Part shown: in pieces, positions 40,340-55,647 of the stretch
Layout of the letters: each line of letters starts with the position of its first letter
How positions within the stretch are numbered: the stretch's first letter is position 1
Source: an uncultured Candidatus Saccharibacteria bacterium
Lineage (GTDB): Bacteria > Patescibacteriota > Saccharimonadia > Saccharimonadales > Saccharimonadaceae
DNA: 64,000 nt
Assembly (NCBI GenBank): GCA_958399925.1
Contig: CATXOC010000001.1
Coordinates: 176,733-240,732 of the forward strand
Direction of reading: 5' to 3'
The notes under the pieces: generated by a model
The model's input: the letters and a program-made list of their open reading frames with translations, nothing else
The model's database searches: none
What the model was told of the DNA's origin: nothing
Translations under genes and position numbers: made by a program

Positions 40340-40813
40340 ATGGGCCAAAATGCAAACGAAAATGCAGTTAGATATAATCAGCAACCAGTCCAAACTGGAG
40401 CTAATTATAATATGCCCGTTCTGCAGACTGGCTATAATTCGGCACCTATGGCTCCTGGTCAGAATTACAATCAAGCTCCAGCTATGCCTAATCCCGAACA
40501 GATGGCTGTACGTGCAGAGCAATTAGCGGCGCCATCGCAGCTGCCTGCCGCTGCTCAACCTGTATCGCCCGTGCCTCAGCCTGTTGCTACGCAGGCTCAG
40601 CGGGCGACATCTGTGGCCTCTGGTGTAGCCGATCCTGATAATGCCGCTGACCAAGATAAAATTGAGCAGGAATGGGTGGATAAGGCGAAGGAGGTGATTA
40701 GTAAAACTCAGCATGATCCGTTTGCACAGCAAATGAATATATCTATTATGATGCGTGATTACGTCAAGAAACGTTTTGGTAAGACAGTTGGTAAAGCGCC
40801 GGAGGTAAAATAA
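40340..40813 (+). CDS. Hypothetical protein (Q/P-rich N-terminus, helical C-terminus) coupled to the ATPase
   Basis: Stop overlaps the ATPase start (TAATG); DKIEQEWVDKAKEVI..TQHDP. Confidence 0.75.
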   Translation: MGQNANENAVRYNQQPVQTGANYNMPVLQTGYNSAPMAPGQNYNQAPAMPNPEQMAVRAEQLAAPSQLPAAAQPVSPVPQPVATQAQRATSVASGVADPDNAADQDKIEQEWVDKAKEVISKTQHDPFAQQMNISIMMRDYVKKRFGKTVGKAPEVK

Positions 40814-43779
40814 TGGATATAAACGCGCTGATCGCCTCATTGATCGCCATCACAATGTTTGCAGCGTTTATCGCAGGTATTATATTCATTGTGTTTATCC
40901 AATATCGCAAGAAGCTACGTGAACGCAAAAATTATGAGCGTAGCCTGAAAATGGTGCCGATTCTTATTCATCTACCTCCGCCGAGTGAAGATATTCAGAT
41001 TGGCGGCCGCGATGCGCGCGATGTAATGGATGAAATGATTTCGCAGGCGCAAATCATGTACGATGTTATATTGTCGACGGCGACTAAAGGGTTTAAGAGC
41101 AAACTCTATGGGCAACGACATATCTCGTTCGAGGTTGTGGCGCACGGCGGTTTGATTCATTATTATGCGGTTGTGCCGGTTGTGTTGATCGATAATATTA
41201 AGCAGGCAATTATCGCAGCTTATCCAACTGCTCGCTTAGAAGAAGTCGAAGAACTAAATTTGTTCAACGAGGTTAGTAAAATTGCTGGTACGTTGGGTGG
41301 TGAATTTACGCTAACTAAGCCATACGAGTTCCCGATTGCAACATACAAAGATATTAAGCGCGATGCGACAGGTGCCATACTAAATGCACTATCGATGGCA
41401 CAACGTGGTGATGGTGTCGGTTTACAAATTTTACTCAGACCAGCGAACGATAGTTGGGTAAAAGAAATTAATTCCCGCGCCGAAGACATTCGGGACGGCA
41501 AGAAGAATGCTAGCAGTGGTAAGTCTAGTGGGCCAGACTTAAGTTATTTTACACAAATTTTTGAAGCACTTTGGAAGCCACCGACGTCAGACGATAAAGA
41601 CAAAGCAAAAGACAAGAAACCGCTCAGTGGAGTTGATCAGGCGCGTGTCGAGGCAATGGAAGAGAAGGCGAAGTATGCGGGCTATGAAGTCAAGATTCGC
41701 TTGGTGGCATCATGTGCAAACTCGCAACGCTCGCACACTATGATTAATAACGTAGTGTCGGCGTTTGCACTATTCAATTCGCCAACCAACAACGGCTTTA
41801 AGTTTACGCCAGCCCGCAACATCGAACAGTTTGTGACTGATTATATTATGCGTTTCTTCCCGCAGGAGGATAGCTCAATGATACTTAATACTATTGAGCT
41901 AGCCTCGCTATTCCATTTGCCTGATCAAACCAACGTACCGTCTTCACAGGTTGAACGCCAACACTTCAAGGAAGTCGATGGGCCGTCGCAAATTATGGAT
42001 CAGGGATTATTATTGGGTTATAACTCCTATCGTGGACGCAAGAAGGCGATTCGACTGAGTGATAATGATCGTCGCCGACACTTGTATGTCATGGGTGCGA
42101 CTGGTATGGGTAAGTCGATCTTCCTGGAAAACTTGGCGCTGCAGGATATGATGTCGGGTAAGGGCTTTGCCTTTATCGATCCGCATGGCGATAGTGCTGA
42201 AAAGCTACTATCGATGATACCAAAAGAGCGTGTTGATGATGTGGTGTATTTTGATCCTGCTGATATGGATAATCCGGTTGGCATGAATTTGTTCGAGATT
42301 GACCCGAACGATCCCGATCCAGAGCGTACGCAGGATTATATTATTTCCGAGACATTGAATATGCTGCGTTCGTTATACGACCCGAACAATCAGGGCATTG
42401 TGGGACCACGTATGTTTAATATTGTGCGCAACGCAGCGCTACTACTGATGGCTGATCCAGCTGGGGGTACTTTCATGGATATCCCGTATGTGCTAACTGA
42501 CCCAGAATACGCTAAGCCAAAGATTAAGTATCTAAAGAATCAACGTGCAATCAACTTCTGGACCAAAGAGTGGCCAGCTTCGCAACGCAGTAATGATGCT
42601 GGTGAGGTTACGTCGTGGGTAGTCTCGAAATGGGCGGACTTTGAAAATACTATGATGAGTAATATTTTAGGTCAGGTTCATTCGTCGCTAAATATTCGCG
42701 AAATTATGGATAATCGCAAGATTCTATTAGTTAACCTATCGAAGGGTAGGCTAGGTGAAATGCCAGCGAAATTGTTAGGTATGGTATTTGTTATGAAGTT
42801 TCAGGCGGCTGCCATGTCGCGTGCTAATATTCCAGAGTCCGAGCGCAAGGACTTCTGCTTGTTTGTGGACGAGTTCCAGAACTTTGCTACTGACTCATTT
42901 GAATCGATTCTGTCGGAGGCACGTAAATACCACCTAAGCCTAACGGTGGCAAACCAGTTTATTACTCAGCTAACTGACAAAATTCGTGGTGCTATCATGG
43001 GCAACACTGGCTCATTTGTTATTGGGCGTGTTGGTTCTGAGGATGCAGAAAATATTGTTAAGCTTTTCGCGCCAGTGTTCGACACCGAAGACTTGCAGTA
43101 CATGCCAAACTATACAGCGGCAGTTAAGATGTTGCTAAATGGCGCTCCAACGTCGCCGTTTTCAATGAATCTGCCACCGCCAATGGGTCATGCCAACCCT
43201 AAGCTAGGCGAGGCGTTGCGCAAATTATCCGCGGCGAAATATGGTCGTCCACGCATGGAGGTGGAAGCCGAGATTCGCAAACGGCATACTACAGTGGCCG
43301 TGACAAAGCAAGCGGCGAAACCTGTAACAAAGATTGCTGGCAAAACGGGCGCTGAGTCTGGTGCAACGCCTAGTCGTCCAAGTTTTCTAGATGAATGGTT
43401 AAGCAAACGTACGCATCGCCCAGCAGGGCTGGTTCCTACTGATGGTCAGCCTGTGCAGTCAGCGCAACCTATGCAAACTGCACAACCTATGATGCAGCGG
43501 CAGACCGTGCAACGACCGCAAGTGCCACAACAGCACTCGTTACCGCAACAGTCTGGTCGATTGTCGCAACCGATGTCGCAGTATTCGCCGCAACCAGTGG
43601 CTCGACCAGTGCAACCAGTACCACAGCAGTCTCTATATACAGCGCCACAAGTGCCGCAAGCGCCAACCATGCCGACTAGACCAGCCAATCCAACCGCTCA
43701 AGGCGCATATAGTCAGCCTAGTTTGCCGAACAAGCCTACCGACGATGGATCGGGTGGATTTGTGATTAATCTGCACTAA
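40813..43779 (+). CDS. Membrane-anchored VirD4/TraG/HerA-like P-loop ATPase
   Basis: N-terminal TM; RRRHLYVMGATGMGKS Walker A; FIDPHGD; LFVDEFQNF Walker B; SEARKY..ANQ; Q/P-rich tail. Confidence 0.88.
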   Translation: MDINALIASLIAITMFAAFIAGIIFIVFIQYRKKLRERKNYERSLKMVPILIHLPPPSEDIQIGGRDARDVMDEMISQAQIMYDVILSTATKGFKSKLYGQRHISFEVVAHGGLIHYYAVVPVVLIDNIKQAIIAAYPTARLEEVEELNLFNEVSKIAGTLGGEFTLTKPYEFPIATYKDIKRDATGAILNALSMAQRGDGVGLQILLRPANDSWVKEINSRAEDIRDGKKNASSGKSSGPDLSYFTQIFEALWKPPTSDDKDKAKDKKPLSGVDQARVEAMEEKAKYAGYEVKIRLVASCANSQRSHTMINNVVSAFALFNSPTNNGFKFTPARNIEQFVTDYIMRFFPQEDSSMILNTIELASLFHLPDQTNVPSSQVERQHFKEVDGPSQIMDQGLLLGYNSYRGRKKAIRLSDNDRRRHLYVMGATGMGKSIFLENLALQDMMSGKGFAFIDPHGDSAEKLLSMIPKERVDDVVYFDPADMDNPVGMNLFEIDPNDPDPERTQDYIISETLNMLRSLYDPNNQGIVGPRMFNIVRNAALLLMADPAGGTFMDIPYVLTDPEYAKPKIKYLKNQRAINFWTKEWPASQRSNDAGEVTSWVVSKWADFENTMMSNILGQVHSSLNIREIMDNRKILLVNLSKGRLGEMPAKLLGMVFVMKFQAAAMSRANIPESERKDFCLFVDEFQNFATDSFESILSEARKYHLSLTVANQFITQLTDKIRGAIMGNTGSFVIGRVGSEDAENIVKLFAPVFDTEDLQYMPNYTAAVKMLLNGAPTSPFSMNLPPPMGHANPKLGEALRKLSAAKYGRPRMEVEAEIRKRHTTVAVTKQAAKPVTKIAGKTGAESGATPSRPSFLDEWLSKRTHRPAGLVPTDGQPVQSAQPMQTAQPMMQRQTVQRPQVPQQHSLPQQSGRLSQPMSQYSPQPVARPVQPVPQQSLYTAPQVPQAPTMPTRPANPTAQGAYSQPSLPNKPTDDGSGGFVINLH

Positions 43780-43934
43780 AATAGTGTTCGTAGCAGAAGT
43801 AATGGCTCCGAAATGAACGTTATGACTCGTGCACAAAATATGTGTTCATTATAACAAATTTGCCCGCATAAGGCCTGTGAGCGCCCTATAATTGACGCTA
43901 ACAGATAACATCTGATATAATACCAACTAGTTAA

Positions 43935-45965
<2,031 letters not shown>

Positions 45966-45986
45966 GGTGGAGAATAGGAGAATAAA

Positions 45987-48569
45987 ATGGCAGAAATTGA
46001 TGGCAAAAATTTGACCCCACAGGACGACTCTAACGCGAGTGACGCTAACGTCGAGAATACTAATAGCGACCCGACACCTACGCTTGGTGAAACCGTGAAT
46101 GTTAATGCCGATCACAGTCGTGTGGTTGAGTTAAAGACCGTCGAGGACGTGATGGAATATAGCTATCTGCGTTATTCCATGTCGGTGATTATCGATCGTG
46201 CTCTTCCGGATGTGCGTGATGGCATGAAGCCAATTCACCGTCGTATTTTGTACGCAATGGAGAAGAACGGCTGGCGCCCTGGTACTAAATTTGTAAAGTC
46301 TGCGCGTATTGTCGGTGAGGTGATGGGTAAATATCACCCACATGGCGATAGTTCCATTTACGATGCTATGGTGCGCATGGCACAGGACTGGAATATGCGT
46401 TACCCACTAGTAGAAGGTCAGGGTAACTTTGGTTCACCGGATGGCGATCCACCGGCCGCTTCACGTTATACCGAGGCGCGCATGGGTAAAGCTGGTGCTG
46501 AGATGTTGATTGACTTAGACAAAGATACTGTCGACTTTCGAGACACTTATGACGGTGAAGGTAAAGAGCCGATAGTGCTGCCAGCGCGCTTACCAAACTT
46601 GTTGCTAAATGGTCAGGTAGGTATCGCCGTGGGTATGGCGACTAGTATCCCGACGCACAACTTGGGCGAGCTATGTGATGCGGTGATTTATCTAATTGAT
46701 CATGGCTCAGACAACACAACAATTGACGATCTGCTAAAGATTGTGAAGGGTCCAGACTTTCCGACTGGTGGCGTTGTTTATGCTGGCCCGTCAATGAAGC
46801 AGGCATATCTAACTGGGCGTGGCTCGGTAGTTATGCGGGCAGTAACAGAAATTGTTGAGACCAAGCGTGGCAAACATCAGATTATTGCTACGGAAATGCC
46901 ATTTGGCGTAAACAAGGCAGTTCTACAGAAAAAGATTGTTGACCTATGCAACGAGAAGAAGCTGACTGGTATTCAAGATGTGCGAGATGAATCAGCTCGT
47001 GGCAAGGTGCGCTTTGTGATAGACCTCAAGAAGGACGCTTATCCAAACAAGGTCTTGAATCAGCTATTTAAGTACACTGCATTCCAACAGACCTTCCACT
47101 ACAATATGCTGGCGCTAATCGATGGTATTAAGCCGCGCGTGCTAGGCCTAGAAGACATCTTAAATGAGTATCTAAAACATCGTCAGATTGTGATTCGCCG
47201 TCGTACTGAGTTTGAACTACGTAAAGCCAAGGAGCGCGCTCACATCTTGGAGGGCTTGAAGATTGCGCTCGACAATATCGATGAAGTAATTGCCTTAATT
47301 CGCGCCTCAAAGGACTACGAGACTGCGATGAACGGCTTGATGAAGCGTTTTTCACTGTCAGAGATTCAAGCGCGCGCTATTCTAGCCATGCAGCTACGCA
47401 AACTAACTGGCTTGGATCGTCAGGCTATTGAGGACGAGTTGGCTGAGCTAAAGAAGCGCATTGCTGAGTTAGAAGCAATTCTAGCCGACGAGCAGAAGAT
47501 TCTCGATATTATTCGTCAGGACTTAATCGACATGAAGGAAAAGCTGGATGATAAGCGTCGTACCAAGATTATCAATCACGAGTTAGGTAAGATGTCTGAC
47601 GAGGATGTGATACCCGAAGAAGACGCCGTCATCATGCTAACTAGTGAAAACTACATTAAGCGCACACCGATGACCGACTATCGCCGACAGAATCGTGGTG
47701 GCAAGGGTAAGCGTGGTGTAACAACCAAGGATTCGGACGTGGTGGATCAGCTATTGACTGTGACTACGCACGATTTCCTAGGTTTCTTTACCAACAAGGG
47801 CCGTGTCTTCCGCCTGCGTGCCTATGATGTACCAGCGGCAAGCTTGCAGGCTAAGGGTGTAGCAATTGTCAACTTGCTGCAGCTGCAACCAGAGGAAAAG
47901 GTGACTTCGATTGTGAAGTACAGCAAGGATGAGGCTGTCTCGAATGATGGCTATCTGTTTATGACAACTAGCAACGGTACAATTAAAAAGACTTTGGCTA
48001 AAGAGTACGAAAATGTCCGTAGTAGCGGTTTGATCGCGATCAAGCTAGATGATGGTGATGAACTGCGCTGGGTGCGTCGGACGTCTGGCCATGATGACGT
48101 CATTATCTCTACAGCGTTTGGTCAAGCCATTCGCTTCAACGAAGCTGATGCTCGCCCGATGGGTCGTAGTGCTCGTGGCGTTCGTGGCTTACGCCTGCGT
48201 CCAGGCGACAAAGTAGTTGGTATGGATGTGGTTGATCCAAACAACAAGGATCAGCACTTGCTAATTATGAGTGATAAGGGATATGGCAAAGAGACTAAGG
48301 TGGCGAACTTCCCAGTACACAAGCGTGGTGGCGTTGGTATTAAAGCGGCTGTCGTGACGGCAAAGACGGGAAACATTATGACGGTGCAGTCGATTGACAG
48401 TAATGTCGCTGAGATTATCGCGATTTCCGCCGGTGGCCAAACTATTCGTGTTGGCTTGAGTGATATTCCGACGCTCGGCCGCACAGCACAGGGTGTCCGT
48501 ATTATGCGCCTAGATGATGGCGATAGCGTTGCATCGGTCGGCTTGGTTCAGAAGGATGACGCAGAATAA
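45987..48569 (+). CDS. gyrA: DNA gyrase subunit A
   Basis: [21 protein letters not shown]; GyrA-box QNRGGKG. Confidence 0.98.
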   Translation: MAEIDGKNLTPQDDSNASDANVENTNSDPTPTLGETVNVNADHSRVVELKTVEDVMEYSYLRYSMSVIIDRALPDVRDGMKPIHRRILYAMEKNGWRPGTKFVKSARIVGEVMGKYHPHGDSSIYDAMVRMAQDWNMRYPLVEGQGNFGSPDGDPPAASRYTEARMGKAGAEMLIDLDKDTVDFRDTYDGEGKEPIVLPARLPNLLLNGQVGIAVGMATSIPTHNLGELCDAVIYLIDHGSDNTTIDDLLKIVKGPDFPTGGVVYAGPSMKQAYLTGRGSVVMRAVTEIVETKRGKHQIIATEMPFGVNKAVLQKKIVDLCNEKKLTGIQDVRDESARGKVRFVIDLKKDAYPNKVLNQLFKYTAFQQTFHYNMLALIDGIKPRVLGLEDILNEYLKHRQIVIRRRTEFELRKAKERAHILEGLKIALDNIDEVIALIRASKDYETAMNGLMKRFSLSEIQARAILAMQLRKLTGLDRQAIEDELAELKKRIAELEAILADEQKILDIIRQDLIDMKEKLDDKRRTKIINHELGKMSDEDVIPEEDAVIMLTSENYIKRTPMTDYRRQNRGGKGKRGVTTKDSDVVDQLLTVTTHDFLGFFTNKGRVFRLRAYDVPAASLQAKGVAIVNLLQLQPEEKVTSIVKYSKDEAVSNDGYLFMTTSNGTIKKTLAKEYENVRSSGLIAIKLDDGDELRWVRRTSGHDDVIISTAFGQAIRFNEADARPMGRSARGVRGLRLRPGDKVVGMDVVDPNNKDQHLLIMSDKGYGKETKVANFPVHKRGGVGIKAAVVTAKTGNIMTVQSIDSNVAEIIAISAGGQTIRVGLSDIPTLGRTAQGVRIMRLDDGDSVASVGLVQKDDAE

Positions 48570-48662
48570 TACAAAAATAGGAGGGTATGTCGGGCTGCTG
48601 TCGGACTGCTATCGGCAGCACTTGCAATTTGACTATTTTTGAATTATAAATATAGGAAGGTG

Positions 48663-51600
48663 ATGAAGACTAAAAATCCAAATGCATTAAACAAAACAGC
48701 AGGTTCGGCTATGTCGCACAGTAAATTGGCGATATTGGTCGACAGTTGCTGTGGGGGGGGTGCTCCCTTTCTCGATCGATTAAGCTAACCAAAACAATTG
48801 TTTTATCATTTCTGGGGCTTGCCCTTGTAACGGCAGGCCTATCGGTCGGCATAACAGCTGTCGCTAAAAAGGGTGAAGTACAACCCCAAAGTGCAAATAC
48901 CCTAGCATTAGCCAAAGCTAGCAATAATTCATCTGTTAATAAAATTACACTAATAAAGGCAGGTACAGGCTTAGATGGCGAAGGTGGTAGTGACAACACT
49001 GTTCTAATAAACAACAGTGCTAAATGGCGTGTAGCATTGAACCTGTCAACGGGTACTACAACCGTCACCATGGAATTTCCTAATGGTAACGTAATAGATA
49101 GTGCATCTGTCTCGTCAGCTGCCGGTTGCGTGGACGGTAGTAAGCTTGAAAAGATCAACGGTAGTTATACTAATAACAAGGCTACATGTGTTATTAAAGC
49201 CGACTCGCCAAAATCTCAGAACTGGGACATCACCGACTACGTCTTTGGCGGCAACGGTCAAAAGCTAGCCCCCACAAAGGTTACGATTAATGGTCAAGAT
49301 TACACTGGCGCCATCCCTTCGGTAACATTGAAGGGCAAGGCGAATTACAGGGTATATAATCATTCAATGGTTAGTGGGGGCGGCACCTCATATGATGACG
49401 CGAATACATCCATAAACGGTGTCAATAAAGGTGTTACGATTGGACTTAACGTCTATTCTCCCATTGATGATCACGGGACTATTGGTTTGGATCCCGTTAG
49501 TGACGGCTCAATAAAATTTCGTATAGATATGCGTAAATTTCCTAAAGATTGGTCGGTAGACCATGTCTCGATATACACCTGGGCTAATATTACTGCTAAT
49601 TGCTACAATAACACATGTCGAACATTGCACAATGGTGACTTCTCGTATAAAAAATCTGCTGACGGCAATTATCTAGATATTACAATAAATAACGTTGCAA
49701 TGGGCTATAAGCAATATCCTACACAAGATACAATGGGTAATAGAATTGACAATCGAGCTTATTGGTCAACTTGGAGTATACATTTTAATATCCCGACTAG
49801 TTCATTGACAGAGGACTCTAAACGATACAGTATAGACTTTCCTGACTTTCAGACTACAGCAGATAGCGGTGAACAGACTACTGTCAATTTTGATAATTCG
49901 TCTTTGTGGTGGAATATCGCTAATAAAAATTTTGGCAGATCTGTTATAGGCTATGGTGTGCTAGGTATTAGTGGTTCTTTTCAGAGTGGATCGCCGGTTT
50001 ACTCTGGCGAGCAATATAAGTATTATTCAAAGCTAACCAACAACATATATAATGGCGATCGTGTGTCAAATTTTAATATATGTCAGACGTGGAATCCTAA
50101 ATTAGCCACATTGGCAAGTGAAATAAATCTTGGTGACGAGTGGGATAGTGATGCCAATCGTTTGTCTTTTTTTAACAATGTTAAGCCGCAAATCGAATAC
50201 GGTGTAGTAAATAGTGATGGCTATCCTGATCCCAAAACTGCCTGTGGTAAAGTGGGCGATGGTAAAGTTAATTTCTTTGCTACGCTAAAAGCTGCCCGTG
50301 ATTATGCTACTGCCAGCGGTGGCGCTGTCAATGCTATGCGTCTACATTCTGATGTGCTAATGGCAAGCACTGACGGCGATAGGGTGGTGTTCTGGGGGGT
50401 CATGGCTGCTACGTCGTTGGGCGTCGACGTAGGCAAGAATATTGCAATAAAAACATATGCCACATCTGATTTATGGCAGTCTAGTGGTGGAAACTATGTC
50501 ACCATTGTTCCTGGAAAAGTCCATCCTGAGTTAAAGCTATCCAATAACTCTACGACCAGCCCTAATGCTAAGCCAAATGAAATCGAGCATCTAACTATTA
50601 CGCCATATGCTTATGCAGCAGACACCAATGTTAAGGCTATAGTAACATTGCCAGCAGATATTTCGCCTGTAGATGGTTCGTATAAATATAACGGTAATAA
50701 ATTAACTCCAACTAGTGTAGTTAAAAATACAGACGGTACTACAACCATTACACTGCCGCTTGGCACGGTAGGATCTAAAGATGCGGTTAACGCTAAACAA
50801 CCTGACATTACGATGGACGCAGTGGTGTCTCCGACAATTGTGACACCAGCCTCTAAGACTATAACTGTTGCTATGTCTGGCGATGGTACGGATAAAATGC
50901 AGTATGGTTGGAGATCTCGATCTGCTACATTTTCTGTTTCTAATATAATTGTTAACTATGGCTATAACATGTCGCAGAGCAGCGCTGATTTATTGCCAGG
51001 CGACACACAGACTTACAACTATACCACCTATAACAACCCAGATAATCCAAGTGCTAATCCTAGTATGAAGACAATTAGTGTCCTGCCATACAACGGCGAT
51101 AATCGCGGTACGACAAATGTTGCCTATACGCCAGATAAGCTAGCGTTAAATGTTGCCAAAGATTCTAGTGGTGTCGAAACGGGTACTAATAATCTAAAGC
51201 TGTTTTATACTACCGATCAGTCTATCCGTGAAAATACCAGAGAAACCGATGCTACAGTAAATTGGACTGAAATACCCGTGTCGTCCGCCAAGGTAGTCAC
51301 CTTAGCAGGTACTATTAATCCCGACGGTACAACGGCTACTGAAGGCAAGGGTTACGACCTGCCTAAAGATGTTACTGCTATCAAATGGGTCGATACCAGC
51401 ACAGCCAAGGGTAGATTGGTCTCCGTGTCGTTAACTTTACGCAATATTAGTTCAACTGGCGATAACGCCAAGTTAGCTAGTAACATTGCACTGGTTAAAG
51501 TTAGTAATGGTCCAAATGCTGCAGACCAATATGAACTGCAGAACCAAGAAACAAAAATTGCCACTGTCGAACCAACAACCGTGTCCTTGGCCATAGATAG

Positions 51601-52075
51601 CCAATCACTAGATCTATCTCATCAAGTTACCGCAGACGGCGCAGACTTTGCTAAGACAACATCTGTACTAACGACAAAGACTAACAATGCCTATGGCTAT
51701 AATCTAACTATGCAGGCAGTTAAATCTAATAGCCTGATCAATCAAACGTCGAACAGTCACCAGATTAACAGTGTTGCTATTGGCGGTGGTCAAGCGGTAG
51801 CCACGCTGGCTAGTGGTACTTGGGGCTATGCGTTACCGGGTAATACTACTCAGGGCTTTGGTGACGTCAATTCATATAGTACGTTAACTAAAACCAGTAA
51901 ATTCAAGTCAATTCCGGGTAGCACTGCTGCTGTCCTAAACGTCACCCGTACTCGCCCTAACCAGATTACTGGCGACCAGACCAGTGTTCTATATGGCGCC
52001 AATTTAACAGGTCGAGCCTCAGGGGTCTACAGGGCTGACATTGTCTACACCGCAGTGGCGAATCCATTCAAATAG
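48663..52075 (+). CDS. Large surface adhesin with a C-terminal WxL-like domain; frameshifted at a G8 tract in its 5' end
   Basis: Shine-Dalgarno AGGAAGG and ATG 48663; that frame stops at 48788; one extra G at 48753-48760 fuses it to the 1109-aa ORF with signal/TM, beta-rich body and C-terminal GVYRADIVYTAVANP. Confidence 0.75.
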
Positions 52076-52130
52076 TGTATAATGCTAGTAGATATTTAAA
52101 TAAAAAGTTTAAATAAAAGGGGTTTAATAA

Positions 52131-52634
52131 ATGAACACATTTTTGGATGCAATACGTGATGTGGTAACTTCACCTTATCTATGGGCGGCGTTAGCGGCGT
52201 ATTTTATTGGACAATTAACTAAGGTTTCGATTTTTGCAGCCTCAGGCAAGCGGGTGACTCTGCGCGATTTCTTTAGCAGTGGCAATATGCCCTCGACGCA
52301 TGCCGCATCAACTGTGGCGTTAACTGTAGTGGTCGGTATGCACGAAGGTTTTGGCTCTGCCGTATTTGCTGTAGCGGCAATGCTAACCATGGTAATCTGT
52401 TACGATGCTATGCATGTACGGCGTGCTGTGGGTGAGCAGGGGATGGTGCAGATGTATCTGTTAGAAAAGTTATCCGCAAAGGATCGTACTGCGATTACCT
52501 CGATGCTGCAGAAAAAGACTGGTCGCAATACTAAGTTCGCCTATTTTAGCCGTGGACACTTGCCAGAGGAAGTCATCGCTGGAGCCATCCTTGGTCTGCT
52601 AGTTGGTGGTGCAATAGGCTTCATTAGTCTATAG
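52131..52634 (+). CDS. Divergent PAP2 family (DUF212) membrane protein
   Basis: SSGNMPSTHAA, YDAMHVRR..G.Q, GHLPEEV..GA.LG. Confidence 0.9.
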   Translation: MNTFLDAIRDVVTSPYLWAALAAYFIGQLTKVSIFAASGKRVTLRDFFSSGNMPSTHAASTVALTVVVGMHEGFGSAVFAVAAMLTMVICYDAMHVRRAVGEQGMVQMYLLEKLSAKDRTAITSMLQKKTGRNTKFAYFSRGHLPEEVIAGAILGLLVGGAIGFISL

Positions 52635-52733
52635 ATAATAGATATAGTCGCCCTCGTCCTGATGGGTGACCGGCTACCAGCTGAGTTTGCATATATAATT
52701 ATATTTGCTATAATAAATGAAGTTATAGATTGT

Positions 52734-52810
52734 GGCACCGTAGCTCAGCTGGTTAGAGCGTGGGACTCATAAGCCCGAGGTCACTGGTTCGAGCCCAGTC
52801 GGTGCTACCA
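52734..52810 (+). tRNA. tRNA-Met(CAT), elongator type (Ile2 not excluded)
   Basis: Cloverleaf, anticodon loop CTCATAA, G1-U72, encoded CCA. Confidence 0.85.
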
Positions 52811-52834
52811 AATATAATGATTAACAATTAATAT

Positions 52835-52912
52835 CGCGGGGTGGAGCAGTCTGGTCAGCTCGCTTGGCTCATAACCAAGAGGTCGTTGGTTCAAATCCAA
52901 CCCCCGCCACCA
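52835..52912 (+). tRNA. Initiator tRNA-fMet(CAT)
   Basis: CGCGGGGTGGAGCAG 5' end, C1:C72 mismatch, TTCAAAT T-loop, encoded CCA. Confidence 0.93.
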
Positions 52913-53067
52913 TGAAATTATTAAAAGACGCCTTATATATAGATATAGGCGTCTTTTTTTGACTGTTATGAGGCTTCTGTGGGGTGTTTGGCTAGCAAAT
53001 TACAGGGGTCAAGCCGCTTATCTATATAGTGTGGTAAATAAAACTACGAAAAAGTGCCCAAAAAGTG

Positions 53068-53096
53068 TTGACGCGGGGTGGTCTATGGTCTAAGAT
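53068..53096 (+). promoter_or_regulatory. 16S rRNA promoter
   Basis: TTGACG-17-TAAGAT with an upstream A tract; boxA-like GCAAATTTACAATTT at 53160. Confidence 0.8.
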
Positions 53097-53253
53097 AATA
53101 AACAGTCAAACGCAAGAACGAATGCGAAAGCCAAACGACAGCATGAATCTTGGTTTGCAGCAAATTTACAATTTAGTAGTGCAAGTCAATTTCGTCAGTA
53201 CATCTTTTATGTTAGTTTTGAACTACGAAAAGTCTCTACTTCGGTAGAGCATT

Positions 53254-54723
<1,470 letters not shown>

Positions 54724-54869
54724 TAGGGAGTAAAACAGACGTTATTGGTTTATCCAATAATAGTCAGGTCGATCCAGTTATCTTGAACGAATTCGCGAGA
54801 TAACATTTTAATGGATATGAATTCAACCTTAAGATGTACGGAAAGTGACTTGCACTACTAGATTGTACG

Positions 54870-54894
54870 AAAACAGCCCTTCGGGGCTGTTTTT
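54870..54894 (+). terminator. Intrinsic terminator after the 16S rRNA
   Basis: AAAACAGCCC-TTCG-GGGCTGTTTTT. Confidence 0.88.
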
Positions 54895-55014
54895 GGTATG
54901 TTGGTGTCATGTAGACATAACATAGAAAATATGGTATTATACGCTAGTATTTAGCGTGAATACTTAAGGTACTTACACATATACGTACATTTTGATTAGA
55001 TCTACAAAGGATGA

Positions 55015-55647
55015 GTGATCACATTGGGTCTGACTGGACCAATTGGTGTATTTTTCGATGTCATTTATTCGTTACCGCCGCTGACAGTTATGGTTATTGG
55101 TTTGATTTTGACGCCGATTATGATGTTCCTCATTGGTATAATATTTGAAAAACGTATATTGCCAATAGGAAAAGGTCAGTCATGGGCGTTCTGGCCGGGA
55201 GATTTAGCTCTTGGTCCGATACTGGCGCTGATCGTGTCGCAAATATCGTTACTGCCACATAGAGGATGGTGGCGTGGATGGCTTTGGTTGACACTTGTTA
55301 TAATCGGAGCTGTCGCGGCTATTGTCTTTATGAGGGTAATAGGTGATGCGCCGGCATACAGGGGAAGTGAAGGAGCTACGGCTAACTCACCGACTAAGTG
55401 GTATCATGATATTGTGCTCTATGGAATATTTGGTACGTTAATCGTAGTACCTGGTATTCCTGTTTTAATTGCAACGCCATGGGCTAATAATCCAAACAAG
55501 TATTACATGTTACTAGGATTGTTCGTTTGGGCATTTGGTTTAGCGTATGATGGCTTACACCCAGAGCATATGAATCGAGCCTTGATGCATCCGTCTAATT
55601 GGCGGAATCGTACTTGGAAGGATATAAGTATAAGTTTCAAAAGATAA
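55015..55647 (+). CDS. Hypothetical multi-pass membrane protein inserted between the 16S rRNA and tRNA-Ala
   Basis: 210 aa with ~5 TMs; own TAGACA-17-TATTAT promoter (54912-54940), AAGGA Shine-Dalgarno, hairpin at 55790-55816. Confidence 0.75.
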   Translation: MITLGLTGPIGVFFDVIYSLPPLTVMVIGLILTPIMMFLIGIIFEKRILPIGKGQSWAFWPGDLALGPILALIVSQISLLPHRGWWRGWLWLTLVIIGAVAAIVFMRVIGDAPAYRGSEGATANSPTKWYHDIVLYGIFGTLIVVPGIPVLIATPWANNPNKYYMLLGLFVWAFGLAYDGLHPEHMNRALMHPSNWRNRTWKDISISFKR

